From the IMG/VR virus record IMGVR_UViG_3300028837_000518, positions 45,320-109,319 of that record: a stretch of DNA of 64,000 nucleotides, one strand, 5' to 3'. Position 1 is the first letter of the stretch, and each line of letters starts with the position of its first letter. The notes under the pieces were generated by a model. That model searched no databases, was not told the origin of the DNA, and saw only the letters and a list, made by a program, of their open reading frames with translations. Source of the stretch: a virus. Positions 47,965 through 57,730 of the stretch are shown here, piece by piece. The position numbers were made by a program, and so were the translations under genes.

Positions 47965-48636
47965 ATGACCGATCAGAACGCAGTACCGAAGAAATGGTTT
48001 GAAGAGACACCTGATAGTATTGTTGTGCTTGTTTCGGGCCTTGATATTATCCCCACACAACGCTTCAATAGAGAGGGTGAGCAGGAGCTCATGGACACCA
48101 TTGTTCTGCAATGCGATGACCTCACTGGGCGATTTCCTGATGGCACCACACAGTGGTTTACGCCCAGCAACCACCCTAACAGTAAGTGGCAGAAGTGGCT
48201 CAAGGTTGTAAAGGCCAAGAGTGGAGTGAAGGTGCGGAGCTCTAAGGACCTAGTGGGCCGATACTTCATAGCCGAGTTCCATCAGTGGGAGTGGGGTGGC
48301 GGCCTGCCAGCTAGTCGCGTACTTGAACTTGTCGAGGAGTTGCCGGGCCTAGAAGTCGCTGAGACTAAGGCTCGTGAGTTCGGTGGAGGTTCTACAACGA
48401 GTTCAACAGGAGCTACTTTCGATGACCTTACAGATGAACAGAAAGTAGTTATCGAGCTTATTGACGGCAAGACCTACGAGGCATTTTTAACCGAAGCCGT
48501 CACTGACGCAAGGGTTTCCAGTAACCCAGCGCTGCTAACACGACTTGTAGACCCTCAGAGACTATTGGTTGAGGCGATGATTGACCTTGGTTACCTCAAC
48601 CTCAATGATGACGAGACATATTCGGCATCACAGTAG
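47965..48636 (+). CDS. Hypothetical protein (possible ssDNA-binding/replication accessory)
   Basis: AAGGAG RBS, beta-rich N-domain, acidic C-terminal part; inference from position. Confidence 0.45.
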   Translation: MTDQNAVPKKWFEETPDSIVVLVSGLDIIPTQRFNREGEQELMDTIVLQCDDLTGRFPDGTTQWFTPSNHPNSKWQKWLKVVKAKSGVKVRSSKDLVGRYFIAEFHQWEWGGGLPASRVLELVEELPGLEVAETKAREFGGGSTTSSTGATFDDLTDEQKVVIELIDGKTYEAFLTEAVTDARVSSNPALLTRLVDPQRLLVEAMIDLGYLNLNDDETYSASQ

Positions 48637-48643
48637 TTTACCA

Positions 48644-48682
48644 TTCATCCTCTCGTCAAACCAGGCTTGGCGAGAGGATGAA
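48644..48682. other. 16-bp stem-loop in intergenic spacer
   Basis: TTCATCCTCTCGTCAA / TTGGCGAGAGGATGAA; no following U-tract, so not called a terminator. Confidence 0.7.
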
Positions 48683-48696
48683 AACATAGGAGATTA

Positions 48697-49359
48697 ATGA
48701 TCCTTGTAGATAAGTTTGAACCACAAGAAGTACTAGAGGCCCTAAGCGAACACGCCCGGCAAGCATCAATGGATACAGGTGATTACGCCTTTACTACATG
48801 TAGTGGGCAAAGCGTACTTATAGAGCGCAAGCAAGTTAGTGACCTTCTACACTCTCTAAGCACAGGCCGACTAATGGATCAATTACGCCGCATCATCATA
48901 GAAAGTGATATTCCCATCCTACTCGTCGAGGGATTCATCACAATTACTAAAGATGGCTTTGTACGATACAGGGCTGGTAAGTCAAGGTGGCGCTATACCT
49001 CCGTACAAAATCTAATCTTAACAGCACAGTTATCAGGTGTTTATCTTATTCAGTCACCAAGTCAATATAATACGCCGCGAATAATTCTTAGTCTTTATAA
49101 GTACTTTCAGAAGCCAGAACATACTAGCTTAGTACGGCAGAAAGTCTTTACCGTTTTCCCCAAAGATAGAGATTATAAGCGTGCTGAAATGCTTATGAGT
49201 TTACCAGGTGTGGGCGTAGAAATTGCTACACGGATGGTAGAGAGATTTGGTACGCCAATGACAGCATTTAGCGCATCAGATGAAGAGCTAAATGAAGTAG
49301 GTGGTCTTGGCCCTAAAAAAATCAAAGCCATAAGAAAGTTTCTCGATGACCCTCGATAG
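48697..49359 (+). CDS. ERCC4/XPF-family structure-specific nuclease with HhH repeats
   Basis: 'ILVD..E', 'GDY', 'IERK..SDL..S...GRL..Q', 'LPGVG', 'V.GLG.KK'. Confidence 0.9.
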   Translation: MILVDKFEPQEVLEALSEHARQASMDTGDYAFTTCSGQSVLIERKQVSDLLHSLSTGRLMDQLRRIIIESDIPILLVEGFITITKDGFVRYRAGKSRWRYTSVQNLILTAQLSGVYLIQSPSQYNTPRIILSLYKYFQKPEHTSLVRQKVFTVFPKDRDYKRAEMLMSLPGVGVEIATRMVERFGTPMTAFSASDEELNEVGGLGPKKIKAIRKFLDDPR

Positions 49360-49732
49360 GCCCGATAACTATAATGAACGCCTTCACTACCTTGTGGCTA
49401 AGTATGTAATGGGATGGGAACTAAAACATATACAAGAAGGGTGTCCTAATTACACGGATTATGGAATGTGGTGGCACTACCTTACATTTCCGTATAAACA
49501 TAAGAGTTGGTGGAGACCCACGCATGAAGATGGCGACACGGAGGAAGTACTAAAAAGACTACACAAGCTAGGTTATGACGTACACATAGTTCGATTTGCT
49601 GAATCACATTACTGGGAGTGTATTATACACATACCGGCAGGACTTAGTTTTACTGCAAGACATAAAATAAGAGGACATGCTATCTGTCTTGCAGCATGTT
49701 TGGCAGTGGGGTTAAAGGTAACTACATGTTAG
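49346..49732 (+). CDS. Phage ABA-sandwich-like protein
   Basis: 'LVAKYVMGW...W.PT....D...V...HAICLAA..AVG'. Confidence 0.65.
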   Translation: MTLDRPDNYNERLHYLVAKYVMGWELKHIQEGCPNYTDYGMWWHYLTFPYKHKSWWRPTHEDGDTEEVLKRLHKLGYDVHIVRFAESHYWECIIHIPAGLSFTARHKIRGHAICLAACLAVGLKVTTC

Positions 49733-51465
49733 ACCACCTCTCGTACTCTAGTATAGTAAGATTTATTATGTGTCCTAGGTCATGGGAATACCACTATATT
49801 CACCGTATCGCACGCCCAGTTTCTAGCGCACTCTTTGTGGGAAGTTGTACGCACGGTGCCCTAGAGCATAACTATAAACAGAAAGTGTTAACGCATGAGG
49901 ACTTGCCAGTAGATGAAGTTCTACAGTGGTTCTCAGATCGGTGGGACACTTTGGACCCATCAGTGGGGCGTCCCGCAAGCAGTACCGGCGCTGAATCATT
50001 GGGTATAGACTGGAAAAACAAAGACCCAGGCCTTGAGAAAGACATGGGTGTAGCCATGGTTGGTAAGTATCAGAAAACAATAGCCAAGACCGTACAGCCT
50101 GTAGTTGCTGAACTTGGCTGGAGTCGGAAAGTAGATGATATGAAAATCATCGGTCGCGTAGACCTTATTGATGATAACGCTATCGTTACAGACTTTAAAA
50201 CAGCAAGCCGGCGACCGCGAAGAGGTAGCTGGCATACAGACTTACAACCAACATTCTATGCACTTGGTATGAAAAGCGCAATAGTTTTTGAGTATCATTA
50301 CATGCTTAAGTTAAAATCGCCAGCTGTAGAAAAGTACCGCACGCAACGAACGAAATCTGACATAGAATGGATAGTGAAAGTACTTATACCGCCAATCGTA
50401 AAAAGCATTCGCCGAGGTATATTCTTCCCTAACACGCAAACATGGAAGTGTTTCTCGCTAGATACTGAAGTACTAACTAATAATGGATGGAAGGGGTATA
50501 ATAGCTTATCTTATCAGGATGATGTTTTAACCCTAAATCAGCAGACGGGTTTTCTAGAGTGGCAAAAACCCTATGCCATCTTTACACGGAAGTATAATCA
50601 ACCTAAGCGAATAGTATCATTCGATGGTAGGACAATTAGCTTTAGTGTTACACCAGATCACCTAATGCTGAGTCGTTCCTGCGGTGCTAAGCAGTATAAC
50701 CATCCTTGGCAACTTAAGACTGCACAGTCTATCGCCGGCGTAAGTTCGAGAGTTTTCCGAATAAGCGGGATAATGGAGCGAGATAACTACCCTATCTCTA
50801 ACGACCTACTACAACTGACAGCGTGGGCACTAACCGAGGGTCACTTTCGACAGTGCTCTCAAGCCATAGAAATAGCACAGAAAACTGGTACAAGATATGT
50901 TAATGACATTCAGGATATATTAAATAGATTATCGTACTCATATACACGAAGAGATAGAAAAGATGGCTGCACTATATTCTATATTAAGGCAAGATCAGGT
51001 AGACAACTTAGACAGATACAGCCCGATAAGAGTGCGCAGCCTTGGTTATGGAAACTATCCAAAAAGCAGTTTGACCTATGGCTAGAAACTTTTGTAAAAG
51101 GAGATGGTAGTGCTCGTAGGGGTGGCTATATAATTAGTCAAAGAATTGAAAATACTATTGATCTTATTCAAGGTGTATGTATCTCGCATGGTTATAGTGC
51201 TATAAAAAATCCAGTACCAAAACATTCTAGTTTCGGTGGTTCTGCATATTCTTTATCCATCACTAAAAACAGACAGGAGTATAAAATGGGTGTTGGTCCG
51301 GCAACAAAGTTTTATCATAATGAATCAGCCAGTGCCGTTTGGGATTGCGCAGTCCCTAATGGACTTATTGTAACAAGAAGAAATGGTAGGCCACTAATAA
51401 CGCATAATTGTTCACCATCATACTGTGAATACTATGACATATGCCGAAGGGAGAAACAGTTGTGA
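49726..51465 (+). CDS. Cas4/RecB-like PD-(D/E)XK exonuclease containing an intein
   Basis: 'HLSYS...CP', 'GS..H', 'GRVDL', 'DFKT', 'Q..FY', C-terminal 'C...YC.Y..IC'. Confidence 0.87.
   Translation: MLDHLSYSSIVRFIMCPRSWEYHYIHRIARPVSSALFVGSCTHGALEHNYKQKVLTHEDLPVDEVLQWFSDRWDTLDPSVGRPASSTGAESLGIDWKNKDPGLEKDMGVAMVGKYQKTIAKTVQPVVAELGWSRKVDDMKIIGRVDLIDDNAIVTDFKTASRRPRRGSWHTDLQPTFYALGMKSAIVFEYHYMLKLKSPAVEKYRTQRTKSDIEWIVKVLIPPIVKSIRRGIFFPNTQTWKCFSLDTEVLTNNGWKGYNSLSYQDDVLTLNQQTGFLEWQKPYAIFTRKYNQPKRIVSFDGRTISFSVTPDHLMLSRSCGAKQYNHPWQLKTAQSIAGVSSRVFRISGIMERDNYPISNDLLQLTAWALTEGHFRQCSQAIEIAQKTGTRYVNDIQDILNRLSYSYTRRDRKDGCTIFYIKARSGRQLRQIQPDKSAQPWLWKLSKKQFDLWLETFVKGDGSARRGGYIISQRIENTIDLIQGVCISHGYSAIKNPVPKHSSFGGSAYSLSITKNRQEYKMGVGPATKFYHNESASAVWDCAVPNGLIVTRRNGRPLITHNCSPSYCEYYDICRREKQL
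50449..51408 (+). mobile_element. Intein (320 aa) with LAGLIDADG-like endonuclease
   Basis: 'WK|CFSLDT', 'VTPDH', 'WALTEG', 'FVKGDG', 'ITHN|C'. Confidence 0.9.
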
Positions 51466-52409
51466 GTGATGAAGTTATTGAGGGTGTAGTTAAGGAAGTT
51501 AATGGCACGCCCTCTGTGCAAGACATATCTCTAATACCAGCATTCAAGTCCCGGGTTGTTAGCCCAATTATGACTGTTGACGAAGCACAGGAGGCGTGGG
51601 CGCAATATCAAGAGCTAGAGAATACGCTTCTTACCGACGATGACTACATTTACTTTGTCCAATGCAAGATTAAGGACCGAACACAAAGCGCTACTTATAT
51701 GACTAAGGCTGATGCTGACCGTGGCGCAGATACTTGGAAGGCTATGGGTTACCCTGTAACTCTAACAAGACGAAAGAAAAAGTCAGCCTTTCGCAAGATG
51801 GCAAGGTTCTTTGGCTTGTCTATTCCACAGCAAAATGATAGCGCAATAATCACTATTGAGCCTCTTGGTAATAGTCACTTTGTAAAGACAGAGAAGGGTG
51901 AAGGTTACTCCGTTATCACTTACATGGATGAGGACATGGATACTGTCAAGTGCGAAGCATCTGTATCTGTTATGCATCCGGGCGGAGCTACTATGGTTGG
52001 ACTTGGTACGTGTTCAGCAAGAGAAAGAGGATTTACACATCCCGACCACGACATTATAGCCACTAGTTGGACACGCGCACTTAACCGCGCAATCTCTGAC
52101 ATGGTGGGATGGGGTGAGGTTTCGGCAGAGGAAATAGATGCAATAACGGAGTCGAATACTAAGCCTAAAGCGCAAGGCGAACCTGACAAAGGTAAGTCCG
52201 AAGAGTCAAAGAGCAAGGTCGAGGAGTCTGTAGATGAAAAAATGGGACTAGCGACATTCTTGGCCAGCGCCTTTAAGCTTGGCGAAACTGCCGAGAGTCT
52301 TGCTGAAAGCTATGGAAGTCTCTCGGAGATCGAGGACTATGCCGCGACTCTTAATAGTATAAAAGATGGAAAGGAGACTAAGGCATCAGCTGAATCATCA
52401 GTTGGTTAG
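51462..52409 (+). CDS. Conserved phage protein, possible single-strand annealing protein
   Basis: 'KSAFRKMA..F', 'HDI.AT..TRA.NRAISD.VG.GEVSAEE'; adjacent to exonuclease (inference). Confidence 0.5.
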   Translation: MSDEVIEGVVKEVNGTPSVQDISLIPAFKSRVVSPIMTVDEAQEAWAQYQELENTLLTDDDYIYFVQCKIKDRTQSATYMTKADADRGADTWKAMGYPVTLTRRKKKSAFRKMARFFGLSIPQQNDSAIITIEPLGNSHFVKTEKGEGYSVITYMDEDMDTVKCEASVSVMHPGGATMVGLGTCSARERGFTHPDHDIIATSWTRALNRAISDMVGWGEVSAEEIDAITESNTKPKAQGEPDKGKSEESKSKVEESVDEKMGLATFLASAFKLGETAESLAESYGSLSEIEDYAATLNSIKDGKETKASAESSVG

Positions 52410-52413
52410 AACA

Positions 52414-52767
52414 TCAATCAGTGCCAGTGGGTAATATCGTTATGTGACCAATCGCTGGCTTCACAGCACGACCGAGGGTATCTACTCCCTTTAGTTCATG
52501 GTAGTAGGTGCCCTCTATACTCAGGGTATCGGCAGAACCAAGCGGGACAGTTAGCTTGCCAGAGCCCGCGTCTGTAATAGTTATAGTTAAACTACCACTT
52601 GTCTTTATAATGGTGGGTACGGCACTACGCTCATTAGGCTGCATAATCCAAGTAAAATCGTAGTTATTTATATTCTTTCGCGTCGTATCGGTATCATCTT
52701 CCCAAATAGTGAAGTTAATATCTCTATCTTCACCGGCCAGCATAGTAAAGTCTTGTTGAGTACGCAT
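52414..52767 (-). CDS. Virion protein, BppU-like Ig fold
   Basis: 'G.D..I.FT', 'ITITDA..G.LTV.L..ADT....GTYYHEL'. Confidence 0.6.
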   Translation of the reverse strand: MRTQQDFTMLAGEDRDINFTIWEDDTDTTRKNINNYDFTWIMQPNERSAVPTIIKTSGSLTITITDAGSGKLTVPLGSADTLSIEGTYYHELKGVDTLGRAVKPAIGHITILPTGTD

Positions 52768-52769
52768 CG

Positions 52770-54374
52770 CTATACTTCTCCATCCAGGTCTACGTCTATC
52801 ATATGTGATCCATCAAGCCCCGTACTTATAGTCCATGAACCATCTGCTGCTATACTCAAAATCCAGGAACCCTTTAGCGCCACAGGGATAACCGCTATAC
52901 CCTCTGCAAGGGTGAGAAGATATATTTCATTCAGTATTGAAAATGTCACTGATGCCAGGGTAGATACTGAAGCACTTTCGTCTACGTCTAGGGTTAGTGC
53001 TAGTGATATGTCGGCCAAAGCTGAAGATAATGCAGCCTCCGTTACCCCTGCCTCGCGCACTAGAGACATAGCAGCTAATGTAGCGGCTGCACTTGATGAA
53101 CTTAATCCTACAAATCTGTCTAAGGTAAATGCAACATTAATATTCTGACCTGTAGCGACAGTTATTGCATTAAATATCTCTGTAAGGGTATTGGCCAAAG
53201 TACCGGCTAATGCTGACAATGCTACTTCATCAGAGCGCGAAAGTGTTGTAGATGCTAGAGTTGCCGCCTCGCCCGTCGGTGTTATCGCGGCTAACCGACT
53301 TAGGCTCAGTACCACTAGTCGATCTGCTACTCCCGTAGTACTAACCGCCGCACTTCTTGTCAATGTGGTATTGGCTAGGGCAGCAGCTAAAGCCGAGGCT
53401 GACACTCCTGCATCACGCTCTAATACTAACGACGTAAGTCCCGCCGTCATACCCGTGCTTGTTGTCCCCACTTGTCTTGCTAGAGACGTGGCGGCTAATA
53501 CGGTAGCCAGCGCTGAAGTTGATATTGCACTGTCTCTGGTAAGTGTTAAAGTGGCTAGATTTGCTGCCTGACTACTACTCGCCAAAGCCGCAGACCTTGT
53601 TAGGGATACGTTGGCTAGAATTGCCGCTAGTGCTGAAGTCGAGATTCCTCCTTCACGCCCAAGTGTTACCTCACCCATGTATACCGTGCCGCGCATAGCA
53701 ACTATAGCGGCACTCCTCGACAGCGAAGTATCTGCCAATGTTACGGATGTACCTGCGCTAGTTAATTCTGCAACCCGCGCCAGAGAAGCACCTACCAACG
53801 TTGCCGCCAAAGCTATGGTTGCAATTGCACTATCGCGGTTTAAACTTAGGTCGCTCGTTCCAGCTGCTAATGCTAGTGCTGAAATTGCATTATCCCTGGC
53901 CAAACTCACGTCGGCTAACCCTGCCGCCTGACTTGTACCAGTCAACCCTACCGACTTAGCCAATGACGTAGCGGCTAATGCGGCAGATAGTCCCTCTAGG
54001 GCGACACCAGCACCCCGCGCCAAAGTTATATCGGTGTTTCTTGTAGCCTGACTTGCATTTATTAGTCCCGCTAACCGATTTAGTAATGTACTAGCCAGCG
54101 CAACACCCTGTCCGCCACCGCTAACACCAATGGCACGACTTAGTGATGTAGCACCGAGGGCACCAGCTTGACCGGCTGACGTTACCGCGGCTACACGCGA
54201 GAGCGTTAAAGACACGTCGTAGTTTTGACCAGGCGTTAGCCCACTATACACCCAAACAATATGTTGTCTATCACCTTGGTCAAGTGTACCGTCGGGCAAC
54301 ACCAACGTAAGTACAGATGGTGATAGTATCTGCGTAGACGAAGCCCGTTTAGAGCGTGTGTCTAAGTTAGCCAT
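52770..54374 (-). CDS. Ala/Thr/Leu-rich virion fibre protein with ~20-aa tandem repeats
   Basis: About 20 repeats of L-A-x-x-S/T-L-x-R-x-x-A/G-x9. Confidence 0.7.
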   Translation of the reverse strand: MANLDTRSKRASSTQILSPSVLTLVLPDGTLDQGDRQHIVWVYSGLTPGQNYDVSLTLSRVAAVTSAGQAGALGATSLSRAIGVSGGGQGVALASTLLNRLAGLINASQATRNTDITLARGAGVALEGLSAALAATSLAKSVGLTGTSQAAGLADVSLARDNAISALALAAGTSDLSLNRDSAIATIALAATLVGASLARVAELTSAGTSVTLADTSLSRSAAIVAMRGTVYMGEVTLGREGGISTSALAAILANVSLTRSAALASSSQAANLATLTLTRDSAISTSALATVLAATSLARQVGTTSTGMTAGLTSLVLERDAGVSASALAAALANTTLTRSAAVSTTGVADRLVVLSLSRLAAITPTGEAATLASTTLSRSDEVALSALAGTLANTLTEIFNAITVATGQNINVAFTLDRFVGLSSSSAAATLAAMSLVREAGVTEAALSSALADISLALTLDVDESASVSTLASVTFSILNEIYLLTLAEGIAVIPVALKGSWILSIAADGSWTISTGLDGSHMIDVDLDGEV

Positions 54375-56035
54375 TAGGGACCAGTTTCAATCTCGCCCCG
54401 AGTAAAGGTGGTATCATCATCTGAGACAGTTGCTTTCTGATCAACAGTGTCTCCAGCATCATTATAGACGCTTAGAGTCGTGGCAGTCTGTGTAAGCTTG
54501 TTGCGAAGAAACTTGTAAAGATAGCCGACCTTCGCCACAAGTGATGCTGTGGCTGCTGGGGCACCTTGACCTGGTTCGGCATAAGTATCAGTGCTCAACG
54601 CATCTACGACCTGACTATTGACTTCGGTAGGGGTAGCATGTGATTGTATCTCTTCGCCAAAACTTCCCCCTGCTGTGTGACCAGAGATTGGCTCGTCAAA
54701 TACTGTATCTGCAATCAATAGACGGTGAGTGGCTTGTGAAAGAATATCAACTGTATCACCAACCGCCATAACAAATACACCGGGGTCTGCTATAAGTGTG
54801 ATGGTTTTAGAAGACCCAACATAGTTCAAAACGTGACCAGTACAGTATCGAAACACCGTCGTAGTATCGTGTATGATAATACACATATCATTATATGCGT
54901 CATCATCAGATGACCCGTTTGCTAAAGTGAAACTGGTCTGCGAAGCTAATGTAGCGATAGTTGTTGATACCATGGTGAATGGCACAGACTCAGCTGCCAC
55001 CCTCCCTTGAGGTATGATAATGAATATACTTGTATCATTAGGATTCGTTGCCCATGCCCTTTGCACCGATACTACCTTAGTACTCCCAACATAGTTCTTG
55101 ATTCGCCGAGATTGCCCCGCACCAGTTCCGCCAATGATGCAAATTATAGCATCAATGTAGAGGTCATCAACTGCAGATGCGCCAGAGTCAAGTGTGATAG
55201 ACCGAGCCTCTCCTGCCTGAGCAGTGCCATCCCGTATCAAGTGAGCAAAGCGACCAAAGGAGCCCGCTGCTACGTGGTCTGCTCGTGGCTCGTCCATGAC
55301 TGCATCTGCTATTGCGGCAGCCGTCGGATCATTTAGTCCGGCAATCGAATCGTCAACTTCGGATTCAACTTCTGCTTTCATACCATCAGACATACCGCCC
55401 AAGTCACTCAATCCAGCACCAGCCGTACCAATCTCACCTGTATCAGTGCGTATCTCGTCCACCTGGTTCGCCATTTTGCCAACGGTCCCTGCATCAAGTT
55501 CACTCAAGCGTGCAGCAGTAACTTCGTGAGTATTCGCTAGTTTAGTATCCAGGTCAAGCTCGCCAGCGTCACTAATCGGAAGACCCCCAGCTGCGTCTGC
55601 TGCCGCCGCAGGAAGTGCGGTTCCAGTAAGTCCGCGCGTCGCAGAATATGCCAAATCAATCAAAACATTATTCAGTCCAGCAGCCCGGAACCCAACAACT
55701 GGTCCACGCCAAGGCAAAACGCCAGTGGCAAAACCAGTGAACCATCCAAATCCCTCAGTGTCATTATCAATCGTTCCACCACTAGCCGGTATCTCTAGCG
55801 TATACATACCATCGCCCTGATGTGCCCAGTCATGAATACCGCTGGTTGTTGGGGTTACAGCAGTCTGTGTAAATGCGCCTGCCGTGGTGACAAAGTTCCA
55901 CACCAGGTCCATACCAGCCTGGTCATAGGTAATAGCAACTTCCCTGGTTTTAAAGTCAGTATCATCGGTAAGAGCCAAAACATTCACTGGCACCTCGGCC
56001 AGTGCCGCATCTACATCATACCAAATATCAGGCAT
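54374..56035 (-). CDS. Virion structural/tail-associated protein
   Basis: Ala/Thr/Asp-rich; duplicated 'L..G.S..DD.Y....I...G...I.NYVGS.K' unit and 'IAD.V.DEP...H..AGSFG' unit. Confidence 0.65.
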   Translation of the reverse strand: MPDIWYDVDAALAEVPVNVLALTDDTDFKTREVAITYDQAGMDLVWNFVTTAGAFTQTAVTPTTSGIHDWAHQGDGMYTLEIPASGGTIDNDTEGFGWFTGFATGVLPWRGPVVGFRAAGLNNVLIDLAYSATRGLTGTALPAAAADAAGGLPISDAGELDLDTKLANTHEVTAARLSELDAGTVGKMANQVDEIRTDTGEIGTAGAGLSDLGGMSDGMKAEVESEVDDSIAGLNDPTAAAIADAVMDEPRADHVAAGSFGRFAHLIRDGTAQAGEARSITLDSGASAVDDLYIDAIICIIGGTGAGQSRRIKNYVGSTKVVSVQRAWATNPNDTSIFIIIPQGRVAAESVPFTMVSTTIATLASQTSFTLANGSSDDDAYNDMCIIIHDTTTVFRYCTGHVLNYVGSSKTITLIADPGVFVMAVGDTVDILSQATHRLLIADTVFDEPISGHTAGGSFGEEIQSHATPTEVNSQVVDALSTDTYAEPGQGAPAATASLVAKVGYLYKFLRNKLTQTATTLSVYNDAGDTVDQKATVSDDDTTFTRGEIETGP

Positions 56036-56043
56036 AACTCACC

Positions 56044-57291
56044 TCATTGTTGCTGTGCATAGTAGTACCAGGGATTACCTTCCGCTGCCGCCTCTCCCTC
56101 TATCGCCACAGCCCACATATACTTGGCCGCAGGTTTGACCGCCGTGTAGTTGAGCGTCCAGCCATTCGCGTCGAGCGACACAAAGCTAGCCGTCAGCCCC
56201 GCGCTGCCGTCGTCGTCGGGCAACTGAACAGGCACATCATCGCTCAGTGACTGGGTGTCCGTGGTCGCTGCGCCATCATCAGCGCATCCAGACGTGGCGT
56301 AGGCATCGTCCTCATCAAACGCGCTCACCATCAGGGAGCCACCCAGAGCATCGGTATAGACCGTGTTCACCGCCTCGGCCATTGTACCGTGCAGAATCAC
56401 CGCTTGGGGCGTGAAACTTGGTCCGATCTCTGCATCATTGCCTGTCTCGGTGGGAGTCGTGTGATCGCCTACCCAAGAGGCGACCGCCGGACCCGAACCG
56501 AAACGCAGGGCCAAATAGGCCCAAACCTTCGTAGTTTCTTCGCTTGCCGTGGCCGTAAATCCGTTAGCATCAAAAGTCCCCAAGGACACAGAGAGCCCTA
56601 TCGCATCATAAATGAAGGCGCCTGTGACATAGGCATTCGAGTAGTAAACCGTCGTCTGCGCATCTGCACGGTTGTCCCGGTTGAATCCCAAAACACACCG
56701 TTGCGTGATACCGCTGGCCCTGTCGTTATGACAGACCCCGAAGCCCCACTTCATGTTGCTGCTCGAAATAGGCCAGGAGTTGTGATCATTGCCCAAGACG
56801 AATACCAAGTCTGGCTCAAATCCTGGCGCAGTAACGTCCACGGTATCGGTGCCAGGGAACTTGATTATGTCCACGTCGGCGGAAACATCCGTGCCTGCGA
56901 AGAACGTCACGGTTAGAAGCAACGCGCTGGTCGGGGCATCAGTGATGTTGATTGTGACGCCATTCGTAATCCAAGCGGAGAACGCCGCCTGACAGTCCAC
57001 TGACCCCGTGGCTGGATCAACGACGTAGATAGGCACATCCTGGTTGCTGTAGCCAGTATTCGAAGTGGCGAGGTTATGTTGGTCCCAGCCGTTATGACAC
57101 TTGCTGACTACGCCATCGGTGATTCCTACCATGAGCGAGAGACCGTCTGCGGCTACGCCGTCGGTAACGGCCCAAGACAGAAAGAGCATCGCCGCCTTGG
57201 GGGTCAAGCCACCCAAGTCGTCCGTGGTGATATTCTGTTCCCCTGTGTCCGTGTTCAGAGCGACACGGGTCGTGGCAACCGTCACACCCAC
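56044..57291 (-). CDS. Virion structural protein (internal repeats 'G.F.P..V' / 'DANG.T')
   Basis: Beta-rich repeated units; GC-rich segment. Confidence 0.6.
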   Translation of the reverse strand: MGVTVATTRVALNTDTGEQNITTDDLGGLTPKAAMLFLSWAVTDGVAADGLSLMVGITDGVVSKCHNGWDQHNLATSNTGYSNQDVPIYVVDPATGSVDCQAAFSAWITNGVTINITDAPTSALLLTVTFFAGTDVSADVDIIKFPGTDTVDVTAPGFEPDLVFVLGNDHNSWPISSSNMKWGFGVCHNDRASGITQRCVLGFNRDNRADAQTTVYYSNAYVTGAFIYDAIGLSVSLGTFDANGFTATASEETTKVWAYLALRFGSGPAVASWVGDHTTPTETGNDAEIGPSFTPQAVILHGTMAEAVNTVYTDALGGSLMVSAFDEDDAYATSGCADDGAATTDTQSLSDDVPVQLPDDDGSAGLTASFVSLDANGWTLNYTAVKPAAKYMWAVAIEGEAAAEGNPWYYYAQQQ

Positions 57292-57300
57292 CCTGAACTC

Positions 57301-57636
57301 CTAGATCGCATTGAGCTGCGCCCGAATCTCTGCGGCAGACATATAGCTGGGCACATCGCCCTGCTCCCAGAAGGTCAGGATGCTGCGGATACGATGCACG
57401 GCGCGGTCGCGGTGGTAGTCATCTGCATGTGCCGTGACCCGCCCCACTAGCGTGTCAAACTCGGCTTCGTCCTCGACGGTCATCGCGTAGAACGCCTTGA
57501 CCTCGGTGACGGTGTGATAGCCGCCCAGCAGGCTGAACATCGCCTCGCAGAAGGGATTGAGCGCGATGTGCCGCGCGTTTGGCTCCCCTCCAGGATCATC
57601 CGATGGTATCTGACACAATCGCTCTACCAACGCCAT
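57301..57636 (-). CDS. Hypothetical protein
   Basis: GGAGGAG RBS on the - strand. Confidence 0.6.
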   Translation of the reverse strand: MALVERLCQIPSDDPGGEPNARHIALNPFCEAMFSLLGGYHTVTEVKAFYAMTVEDEAEFDTLVGRVTAHADDYHRDRAVHRIRSILTFWEQGDVPSYMSAAEIRAQLNAI

Positions 57637-57730
57637 ATGACTCTCCTCCCATAATGGCCGTCGTGCTGATCGTCTTCTCGTCTACCCGTATATCATCTGG
57701 CTTTGTACTGATAATTCTAGGCATTTAGGA

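Noticed and set aside
48644-48682. Rho-independent terminator
   Set aside because: Strong stem but no U-tract following on either strand
49726-51465. Cas4-like gene as evidence of CRISPR-Cas
   Set aside because: Stand-alone PD-(D/E)XK exonuclease in a recombination module, common in phages
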